Assembly (NCBI GenBank): GCA_026023565.1
Contig: JAPETS010000030.1
Span: 1-64,000 of the forward strand
Direction: 5' to 3'
Length of the DNA: 64,000 bases
Origin: Cirrosporium novae-zelandiae
Lineage: Eukaryota
The translations under genes and the position numbers were made by a program. The notes beneath the pieces were generated by a model. That model was not told the DNA's origin. It searched no databases and saw only the letters and a program-made list of their open reading frames with translations. Position 1 is the stretch's first letter. Every line of letters begins with the position of its first letter. Positions 37,427 through 48,250 of the stretch are shown here, one piece after another.

Positions 37427-39642
37427 ATGGCATCTGGATCCCCTTTAGAAAGCTGGATACGAGAACAGTATTATGAAATTGGAATTGATCACAATGGGGA
37501 ATTCCGTGGGAAAAATCAATTCAAACTTATGCTCATCAATCTTCGTCCAAAGCAGAAATCCGAGATTCGTCAGCTTGTTAATAGGTAAATATTACTTCAG
37601 AACAGTGTGATAGAGATCTCCCTAACGTTTTTCGTGGTAGGATGATAAAACAAGGCATTCCCAAACAGCAAGCCGTCGTATCTTCGTTGCCACAAAGCTC
37701 GAAAACACTCCCTGCTAGCAAACAAGTCAATTCAAGCCCAGGATCTAATACTGTGAATCCAAAGCCTTTTTCAGCTGTAAAATTGATTTCGTCCTATTGC
37801 TTTATCACATCACTAATATGATAATCGAGTACTACAGATAACGAGCAAAAAAGTGATCGTGGACAGTAAAAGCATTTGTGGCTCTTCTATGCAAAACACT
37901 CAATCCCGTACTATCATGCCAAGGACTGGAAAGTTGAGAATAGCGGATCAGGGTATGGTCAAACAAGCGATTTTAAATCCAAAAATCCAAGGTAGGTCTT
38001 GTCATTGATAATAGATCACATAAGCTAACACATTTCAGAACTGAAAGCATACCTTAAAACAGCTATGAGCTACAACGATGACTTATCAAGAAAAAATATG
38101 GATGATATTGAGTCGTCTATAATAGGTAATCAATCAGTTTTATTATCGCACGAAGTCAGTGGATATGATGACGATGATAGTGTTGAGGGGAAACTCTCAG
38201 TTAATGATATTGCAAACGGAGTCCTTTTCACCGCAGATTTGTTGGAGTACTGTGACCAGAGCCTGTTTCTGCAATATGGGTTGTTAGGAAGCTCTGTATT
38301 GTGTGATCAGACATACCCTGCATTAACCTCCGATCGAAGGCTTTACCTGAATTCCAACATTCCATTTTCTATATTCATTTGTGGAGTCCAAGGAAGTGGA
38401 AAGTCGCATACAACTTCATGCTTAATAGGTCAGCAAGGTCTCATTTAATGTTTCAGCATCACTGAGCAGTCTCACAGAAAACTGTCTCATCCGTTCACCA
38501 ATATTAGGGGTGCTTCAGAAGCCCCTCTCAGCCTTGGTTTTTCATTTCGATGAATATACCTCATACTCGACTTTTGTGCCAAGCGAAGCAGCATTCCTGG
38601 CGATTCCAGATATATCGATTCCTAATCATGCACATGTTACTACAATCAGAGTCCTGGTATCCCCATCAAATTATTTTCAATTAAACGCACTCTACTCACA
38701 AATTCCTGGAGTGACAGTCCAGCCCTTCAAGCTGCACTCACAGGATCTGACTATCGGCACGATACTGACATTGATGTCGGTTGATCAGACACAAGCAACG
38801 CCATTATATATGGGGCAAGTTACCAAAATCCTCCGTCGAATGGCCTCCGAGTCAGAAGGGACATTCAACTATCTCCATTTTAAACGCCAGTTGGATGAGA
38901 TTGTTTTTGATAAGATGCAACGAACGTGTTTAGATCAACGACTAGATCTTTTGGAGTCTTTCCTTGATCTTGAGTGCTCCACCGCCAGTCCTACCTTTTC
39001 AGCTGGCGAGATCACCATTTTAGACTTATCGTGTCCTTTTGTAGATGCTAACACTGCGTGCATCTTGTTTCAAATAGGGCTGAGGATGTATCTAGAAGCC
39101 AGTTCGACTTCTGGTAAAATTGTTGTGGTAGACGAAGCACATAAAGTAAGTTTTACCAATCAAATTTCTTTTATCTATTCGTCTGTGACATACTGACTAC
39201 CAATTCGTAGTATATGACAAATACTCCTTCCTCCAAACATTTAACCGAGTCTTTACTGACGGTGATCCGACAACAGCGCCATTATGGCGCGAGAGTCATA
39301 ATCTCAACCCAAGAACCGACAATCAGTCCACAACTCATTGGTCTATACTCAATCACTATCATCCACCGATTCTCGAGTCCAGAATGGTTCAATACTCTCC
39401 GAAAGCATATCTCGACCTTCCGGAAAGACGGCGACACTGATAATAATAAACGAACAGAAGAGCTCTTTGATAGAATTTTGAAACTTGGGACGGGCCAAGC
39501 ACTTATTTTTGCTCCAACAGCGATTGTGAGAAATACAAAAGCAAATACAAACGAGTGGGTGAAGTTGAGTACTGAAACACTAGAACTTAGGGTTCGGAAA
39601 CGAATGACCTGGGATGGTGGGAAATCAGTATTATGCCTTTGA
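37427..39642 (+). CDS. P-loop NTPase resembling the HerA/FtsK/VirB4 group; multi-exon
   Basis: Walker A ICGVQGSGKSHT, Walker B IVVVDEAHK, and VIRQQRHYGARVIISTQEP (Arg-finger plus TQ motif). Probable ATG at 37427 (MASGSPLESWIREQ), with several GT-AG introns including about 37584, 37992, 38429 and 39146. Confidence 0.8.
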
Positions 39643-39672
39643 ACTGGGAACATGGTTTATGCTAGCAATGCT

Positions 39673-39878
39673 TATCTGCCAGACGGGTCTCCAATGGCCC
39701 ACACTAGCAGGGGGGTAATGCTGAAAGGTTTATTGGTCCGATGGCAATATTTTGAGGCTCAGTGTTATTCATCAAAGAACTTGATGCCTGACTCTGCCTG
39801 AAAATAGCTATCTGACCTATTATAATCTTTACATAACATCCCTACTAGCGTGGGCTATTGGAGGCCGTCTGGTAGATA
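39673..39878. mobile_element. Small MITE-like element with ~40-bp imperfect TIRs and TA at both ends
   Basis: TATCTGCCAGACGGGTCTCCAATGGCCCACACTAGCAGGG versus the reverse complement of CCCTACTAGCGTGGGCTATTGGAGGCCGTCTGGTAGATA. Confidence 0.7.
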
Positions 39879-40833
39879 GAAACTTGGTTCAGTAGTAATG
39901 ACAAGGAGTAATCGGAGTTACATCGACCTAAGCTTCTCAGTTTTTTTTTTTAGTTGATTTGATATTTGATATCTGGGGGTTATGATATTTATCCAAGTAG
40001 TTTATGGGTTTATGGGTTTATCTGGTTGAAGGTGGGTTGAAGGGAGGGGGGGAAGGGAGGAGAGAAAATGTATCTTCTCCCTTTTTCTCCCTCCCTCTCT
40101 CATCCTAAATATAACATCCAGTGTTAGATGCATCCAGGCATTAAGGTATTAAAACATCCAGGCATTAAGGTATTAAAGCAGGCAACGTAGAACTAAACTA
40201 AACACTTAACACACACACACACACACACACATACACACCAGAACAAAAAATAAACCTATAACCTATAGACTATACCCATATAAACCTCCCACATCTAATT
40301 GCATCCAAACAACCACTCAAACAAAAAAGAAAAGAAAAAAAATACCCAACTCTGAATTATAACTTTTGTTTGGATTGGATTGGAGGAAGTTGGTACTGAC
40401 TGATTGAAAAAGGGGGCGAGAAGGAAAGGAGGGGGGAAGGGAAGGGAAGGGGGAAAAAAAGAAAGAGAGAGCGAAGGAAAGGGTTAAGAATGATTGATTA
40501 TATTGGTTAACTAATTAGGTTAGGATGTATATAGTCTATATAGAGAGAAGGAAGGGGGGGAGGGGGGGGGTTATAGTATCTTATATCCCATAACGTCTCC
40601 CCCCCCCTCTCTCTCCCTTTTCTCTCTCTCCCTCTCTTTCAATATTACCTCTCACACCAACTCCAACAATATATATATATATATATATACATACCATTAA
40701 GGGGTGTATTCGACTTAAAGAGTCAAAGTCAAAGAGTCAAAGTAGTAATTTATTAGTGGATAAATAGGTATATATGGGATTGGTGGATTGGGTGGGTAGG
40801 TGTGATGTAAGAGTGAGTGTTTGTTCTTAGATT

Positions 40834-41516
40834 CAGGGTTAGGAATAGACTAGACCAAATAGACGGTCTGACATAGATCGACCAGACCTTGATTGCCCAA
40901 GGTCTATCCGGTCTATATAAATGCAAATTTGTATGGTGGGGGGTGGGGGGGGAAATTTTGTGGTGTTGAGATTTTGGGGGGGGAAATTTGGGGAAATTTG
41001 GGGGGTTGTCGGAGTTCGGAATTTTCGAATTTTGGGTCTAATCTAAAGCCAAAAAGGTATAATAATCTACCCCCCATATAACCCCGAATACCTACCCGTT
41101 GTGCCCCCTGGAGCACTGACTGAGCCTTGCAACTGAGGACTTGCATTGAGACTTCTACTGAGGCTTCTACTGAGTCCCTGACTGAACTTCTGACTGAGCC
41201 TCTGATTGAGGTTTCTATTGAGGCTCGCACTGAGTATTTGATTGAATATCTGACTAACTTTTTAATTCTCGGCATCCAAAAACCCAAATTTGGCCTCGAA
41301 TTCCTTGCGTATACGATTTCATGTTATAATTGGGAAGAGCTTGGGAATTGAGGATAATAAGTAGTAGAAATACCGTTTGGTGGGGCAAAGGAAAGGTGAA
41401 AATCAACACCAAAACTTCCGCCAAGATCTTGATTTATATATTATATAATGATCAACTGACCAATCAAACCCCTGTTACACCATGTGACTGGTCGGTCTGG
41501 TCTATTCATAACCCTG
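40834..41516. mobile_element. Third hAT-like non-autonomous element, 683 bp, no matching TSD
   Basis: Ends CAGGGTTAGGAATAGACTAGACC / GGTCTGGTCTATTCATAACCCTG. The 25-mer GACCAGACCTTGATTGCCCAAGGTC at 40880-40904 is identical to 35665-35689. Flanks CTTAGATT and CGTCCAGC differ. Confidence 0.8.
41121..41256. repeat. Degenerate 12-bp tandem repeat, about 11 units
   Basis: TGAGACTTCTAC TGAGGCTTCTAC TGAGTCCCTGAC TGAACTTCTGAC TGAGCCTCTGAT TGAGGTTTCTAT TGAGGCTCGCAC TGAGTATTTGAT TGAATATCTGAC. Confidence 0.85.
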
Positions 41517-44500
41517 CGTCCAGCCTCTTTAATTCATGAATGAATTTTCGGCCTATATCGCTTTTCTTCCAAATATCAAATCCTTGAATACAATCCATAT
41601 TTTTGTCAAGAGTATTATCGACGACCGCTTTCTCAACCTCACGCATGATATCTAGACTCGGAGTAGCCTCAAGCTGCATCAGTTCTACCAGCGCTACACA
41701 GTAAAATGTAGCTATTCTCGTGCAAATGTCATGAGAAATATCGCTGGTGTTAGGGATTTTCTTGAAGTACATGTTGTATCTCCGAGCCCATTCTTCAGGA
41801 TTCAATGCACAAAATCCTTTGCGGTTCTGTAAAGCCCAAGAATCGATATCATTAAAAAGAGGACCCTCAAAAACTTGTATCGCCTCTTGGTTTTTATCAT
41901 AGAAAGTACCTAAGGCATCCCAGTGTCCAGAGGTGCGTTCTATATTTTTATTGCCGTACATATTTTGATTACACAAGAGGGCATCGGCCAATCGCATCGT
42001 TTTTTTCCATAATACTTTATTGTCATAGCCGGGTTCCAGTTCTCGTCCTGAATGTGAATACGTCACCGGTTGCATAAACGAGTTAGCAAAAATGATCGCT
42101 TCACATCTTTGTGCGATAGGAAGGTCATGCTGTGCAAAACAGACAGGGTCAGTCGTTCTATCCGTCCTAATATAGTCTTTGAAGGCTAATATATGACGAA
42201 ATGTCTCTTCAAGCTGGCATTCTATTAAGTTTCGATCGATCACTGCAGCACCACCGCTCACAAATATTACTGATGCATGTACGTTTGACGAGTTCCAGTC
42301 TATAGTCTGGAGCGCATGCTGAATAGAATGGAATGCATCAAACGAGAGAGCTTGACGGTCGTTGGCATCAAGGTAGTATTTACCAAGATTATATAAGGGC
42401 TGAGGTAGCCTTAAAAGAGTTACCGTATCACCAGCCGGCACGATATTTTGACTTCCAAAGACACCAGACGTGTGAAGCCAAGTCCCTGAATGTTCTTCTT
42501 TTTGGAGAAAGAATAATGATGATATTTCCTTTACTATTTCGTGGAATTTGAAGTCACTCCATTGTTCTCGAGTGTCGCAGAAGGTCTGCAGGAGCCACTC
42601 CGGTACACCATTCATCCGTGGATATAGGTCACTTTTGTTGCCGTTGGAGTCCCAATACTGTTTTACTGAGCAAGCCCGTTCGAAAAGATCTTTCCTAAGG
42701 TTTGTCAAGTCAAGGAGGCACAGGAAATAGAGGAACCGTTGAGCATCAGTGCTTAGACTTTGTATTGATATGGCCCAGGTATTGAAAACAGATATTTTGT
42801 AATCCATGGCAATAGGACATTGGCTTCCAATTGCTCTCATTAAAAGCTCATCTTTCTTAGACCCATATAATCTGAGATATGTATCTAAGGAGCCCAAGGT
42901 ATGAATGTATCTAAGGCGTCATAAGAGTTAGTCAAATAGCCCCAAAAAGAATAAGACTAGCTTCGGGATTGTTCAGGCACAATACAATAATGTTTACTTA
43001 CGTTCCGGCAAGATCAATAGCAAGAGCTATACAATCAAGACTTTCAATGATCTTATCTGCCTGACCTTGCTGTATCGCGCCTGCATTAAAGATACGAGCG
43101 TGATAGAGGAGAAGATCCCGTGCACTTCTTGTAGGTAAACCTGAGATTTCAATAGAATGTGTTGCAAGACGATATGAATTTTGTCGACGGGAAGATATAA
43201 GAACGTTGCCTCCGGGAATAGAAGGGATATATCGGATAAGGCATTCAATCATAGTAATAGTGTCTGCGCCGTCGAATAACAAAAGATGTGGTTGCTTTCG
43301 CCGTTGGAGCTCTCTTTTGATAGCATAAGCATTTGTCCAGATATCTTGGGATTGATGCTTGATTAGTGTACTGCCTGAAACACTATTACATGCTCTGTGA
43401 TAGGGTAGTACAAGTCCAAGATGTGCAGCAGCCAGATTGAAACTTTCCAATAATTTATCTTTATCTTGAGCATCAAACCAAAGGACCACATCATAGATCT
43501 TTCTCTGTGTGGAAGCATATTGTAACATCAACTGCGTTTTTCCAGAACCCCCCAATCCAACCAGCACGACTGCGGTTGCATTAGGGGACATACTGGGGGT
43601 GCTTTGAAAATGGGTTTTCAGTTGAAGAAGCTCCTCACGCTCCACAAAATATTCAACCGGCCTTTTTCTTATCCGATCGAGTTGGTAAAAGGATTGTGAT
43701 TCACCTTCATTGTGATATACTGTTTTCGTTCTAATTGAAAGGGGGCTAACAGCAGGTTTCTCGTTCAATAGAGGCCGTGAAACTTCCAGTTTTTCAACGT
43801 GTGATAATTGGTCTCCATATATTTTGGCCTGAGAAAATTCATCAAATTTCATTGTCTGACTGATATGCTGGTGTTTAATTCCATCAAACTTCCTGGATGG
43901 TTCTTCCTGGTTCACATATCTCCTCTCCTGATCCGATGATTGTCTTAGATGTCGTTTTGCTGGTCTAAAAGTATCAGTATATTAAAGAGACGAGAGTAAC
44001 AGACAGGAGCAGCACGAACAAATTCTTATTCGCTCTAAGTCTTTGGGCGCAAATAATCATCTGTTCTTTTGGCTGAGTTCCTTGAAGATATGACAAAGTA
44101 TTTGACGACATCGCATCGCGCTTTTTCCATTCCTCCAACCCAACACCTTGCAAACCTTGGGGTACGTTGAACCGAAAATATTCCTGTCGAAATTGCCCAT
44201 CTTCCCTGCAGTACTGGTTCGTAAAGTTATTTGCTACCTTCTCGGTATCAGTTGCGATTTTAGCGCAAGCCTTTGCCAACGAGGTAAGGCTGTTCTTTAA
44301 TTTAATAGAGGCAGTGACACCAGTACCGAGACTGACTATTGTATGGATTTTTCGTGGGTGATATTCGGTATTGGCTTCGTCGATTAGTGCGAAAATTGGA
44401 TTATTGTCTCCTAAACCGCCATCCCGGAATTCTAGTCCATTCGTGAATGTGATAGGCTCAAAGAAAGTTGGCGCAGCTGATGTAGCGCGAGCTGCCTCCC

Positions 44501-45054
44501 ATATGGTACATTTCATTCGCTCCTCGACAATGGAAGTGTAGCTCCGTAGACGTTGGGTTCCAGCATTAGACATACTCGCGCACACAAATCTAGTAATCAC
44601 GGAATCAGTAAACTATATAGGACCCAGTTCTATCCACTCTGATCTTACACCTTGACTTTGGATCTTGTTGATAGAGAGGAGCATTTTCATTGCCCTCTTG
44701 CTCCCTAACTACCTTTTTAATACATTCCTTTAAAACATTCCCCTCAAATGTTGCGCGTCCCGCCATATTGTGCAGGAAGCGCCCACCAAGTAGTGTTCTT
44801 CTGCGAGGGGTAAATATGGTGCTTGATAGCTCGATGTAGGTGTTGATAGCTGCCTCGACACTCATTTCCTTCAACTATCAGCATCGCCTGTGGGTTCTCT
44901 TTATAGAAGAGCATACCAGCCTCCCTAGCATAATTGCCAGTAACCCACCAGTACTTGTTCCCGCGATCATATCAAAAATTTCGCATGGTTTTGGTGGATC
45001 ATTTTGATCGACGAGGATCGAAAAAATGATCTTTTCGTCCACAACGTTGATCAT
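41506..45054 (-). CDS. Patatin-like phospholipase fused to an NB-ARC (STAND) domain and an unassigned C-terminal region; multi-exon, possibly truncated at both ends
   Basis: PKPCEIFDMIAGTSTGGLLAIMLGRL (GxSxG nucleophile elbow), IWEAARATSAAPTFF, FRDGGLGDNNP, IVSLGTG, YFRFNV. NB-ARC motifs LVGLGGSGKTQL, LLLFDGAD, VLISSRR and IALAIDLAG. Confidence 0.85.
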
Positions 45055-45685
45055 TCAAAGATATGATGACTGGAGTTTTAAGACTTAGGTAGGTTATACA
45101 AACTACACGCTTCAGCCGCACTCATTAATTTGTTGTGACCTGCCAAGTCGAGTTGGTTTCTACCACCTGTTAGTTGGAATGGCTCATTGAGTAGCGACTT
45201 TGATCACTGGGTTATTATTAATCGATTTAAGGTCGAGACAATAAACGTCGAGTTGCATTTAAATTCTTCCTCTTCTTATTTTTTAATAATAATAAGTCAG
45301 GTTTATTACCTATAGGTTGCTTTGAGCTATAATTGACATTTGCTGTGGAAGAGATCGCCCACTTAGGAAGTAGTTTATCCTTATCTAAGCACTCGCGTTA
45401 ACGTGGGGTGGTGGAGAACAAGGCCCTTCGTTTAAGTTTAGGTATAACTTAGACACCGGTCATAAGTATATCAGTATAATACAAGACTGAAACCTGGCCT
45501 TTCCCAGTCTCCTTCTTTCCCTTTACATTCCAATGTATATAAAGCGCTTATTCTATTTGTGATGTGTTACCCAGGTTAAATTGAATATATATATATATAT
45601 ATATATGCGAACAAAAAGGGGAGAAGAAAGAGAATTTATAGATATCCATATCTCTACTTTATAATCTTCAACCTTTCTCTCTCTT

Positions 45686-45719
<34 letters not shown>

Positions 45720-45771
45720 CTCCTCGGGTCGAAGCTACCAATCCGAGTTATTTCATCCATATATACAAACC

Positions 45772-47591
45772 TTACTTTCCCCCTTCCCAAAACTTCCTAA
45801 GCCCCTCCCCGCCATCCTCCTCTCCATCCCCCACAAACCCTAGCGCAAATTCCAAAACCCTCTCTCCTCTTCCCTTATCCCCCTTATCCCCCTTTGCTAT
45901 CCCCCCACCTTTCCCCCCATCCCCATCAACCCCATCAACCAAAACCTTCCTCAACCGAACCAATTCCCCACCCACCCCTTTACCCCCTTTCCCGCCTCCA
46001 CCCTCACCACCATTACTATCTCTCAAAACCCACCCCACTAAAGCCTCAGCAACGAAGTCTGGATCCACAGCTAGGGGTTGATGTATTAGATCTCGGATGT
46101 GGGGACCGATAATGTTGAGGGTGTGTACGAAGTGGTGCAAAGAGGGAGGAGCATTGGGGGAGGAGGAGGCGGGTCCGGTCATGAAGCCGGGGTCGAAGGA
46201 GAGGAGGTGGGGTGGTGACATAGTGGTGGGGGTCTGGTTGTTGGGTTAATTGCGGGGTTATGAATTGGGGGGGGTTTCGTTCGAGGTTTCAATCTCTCCA
46301 TTTTTTTATGTGCATCTATACTACCTCAAAAAAATCAAAAAACGAAAAAACTCACCATCCCATCAAGTCTTTTCTGCATTTCCCTCACCAGAAAAATCGC
46401 CATGCGCTTGCTGCTTCCGTATTTACGCATCCCGGTGAAGAAATCCAAGGTTTTCCCCGTCTTGGCTTCCGAGTTTTTGAACCAGGGGCTTGAGAAGTGG
46501 GCGGTGGAGCCGATGGCTTGGCTGCCGCTGGATACCCAGATGATTTTTGGGGTGGTAGGATGGTTGGTGGCGGTGTTTTTCTCGCTGCCTTCGTTTTGAT
46601 TTTGGTTTTGATTTTTATTTTCAGGATGTGTGAGTGTGAGAGCGGATGTGAACCCCGTCCCCGTCTCCTGCGTCGGGGGTTGCAAAAATAAAGAAATTAG
46701 TAAAAAGGGACCGAGAAGGTTAATCTGCAAGCTCTGCTCGATTCCATCCTCGCTTTTCAGACCTGCTTTCCACTGGATCAGCGCCGCCGAATTTATGATT
46801 GCGACCAGGGGACCCGGCAGCTCGTTACTCGCAATCTGCTTTCGAACCTCAAGCGCGAATTTCCGGATGTCGGAAAAGGAGCAGAGGTCCAGTTGCATCC
46901 ATTCGGTGAGATTGGTGGGGTAGCCCATGTCGCGGAGAGAGGTGGTTAGGGAGGTTACGCGGTCATTTTTGAGCTTGCGCGTGGTTAGGAGGAGGTGGTG
47001 GGGCGGAGTCTGTGCTTGGAGGGAGTTTTTCGCAAGGGCTTTTGCGGTTGCAGAGCCGAGGGATCCAGCGGCGCCGATGATTATTATGGTGCCGGGGTTT
47101 CTAGGTAGTAGTGGAAGGGTTGGGATTGGGATGGTGTTTGGGGGTGGCTTTCCGGGGGGGTTGATCTCTTCATGGCCTGTTGTTGAAGGGCCTGGGGGTG
47201 ATTTACATGAATCTTCACTGTTGCCTGATAATTCAAAATGTGGTATATCAAGAGTTGGGGGTGGTGAGGCCTTCTGTTCTGTGCATGATGTTGATCCTAG
47301 AGCAGATTGACTAGAAAGGTCTTTGCTTGAAGGAATTTTTGTTAGTTCAAAAAATGAGTCGGTAGCTGCAATCGAACCTAGAGTAGGATCAGTCCCTTGA
47401 TCAGTAGCCAACGATGCGCCCATTGGGCTAGCTGTTGGAGCAAGAGTGGCTTGGTTGGCGGTTGGAAGTGCTGCATTTGACTCGTCTTGAGATGGTGTGG
47501 TGCTTGATACTGCAGGGGTTTGCAATGGTTCGCAGACTGTATCGAGCTTAGGTTGGCTTGTAGATGGCGGATTCGTCGAAATGGTTTCCAT
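45772..47591 (-). CDS. Short-chain dehydrogenase/reductase with a long disordered N-terminus; two exons
   Basis: IIIIGAAGSLGSATA, QLDLCSFSDIRKFA, IINSAAL, QINLLGPFLL, IIWVSS, YGSSK (YxxxK), LSFDPGFM. Intron about 46355-46234. Confidence 0.75.
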
Positions 47592-48250
47592 GATGACGCC
47601 TTTATGTTGAAATTGTTTATCAAATACCTCGTAAGAGAAATAACAGTAGAATATTATAAAAAGCTCCAAGCTTTAAAGTTATCCAAGCAAATGCGGAGAA
47701 TAAACCAACGAAAGAATGAGGGAAATGGAGGGAAATGACGTAACACCCGCAATTATTGCGAAATTAACATAATAAATTTCCTTGACATTTTATATAAGTT
47801 TAAAGGGAAGAATGTTAGTCATTGGTATGAGGATGTTGTGTAACTCGGTGGTGTGACTTGAGCCTGACGGAACTTCGTAATGGAAATTGCACTGTCGCGG
47901 CTTGTCTAAATAGGATAGTTGCTAGCCTGTTACTTGAGGCAGTTGAGGTTAATTGGTTGTTTTCCATCTAGATAGCCAGCACACTCACCTTGCTCTTCTA
48001 GGAAAATAACTAAGCACGAATAGTCTGCTTTGATATCTTCTCATCACAGCAAAATGGCCCTATGACATAACCAGGCAATTCTGATCAATCAGTAGTACCA
48101 AGACCCTAATCTTCCAGAACAAAGTTAAAAATATCATATAACGGTAGAGAATGAACAACCGAATAGTTATAAGGTTCAAAGACCATTTTTTCATTGCTTC
48201 TCTTAAATCATGTCGTCATTGCATTCATGCAACAAGGTATCTATTACCAT

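Noticed and set aside
41121..41256. CRISPR-like array
   Set aside because: These are contiguous degenerate 12-mers without unique spacers, in a eukaryotic genome with no cas genes.
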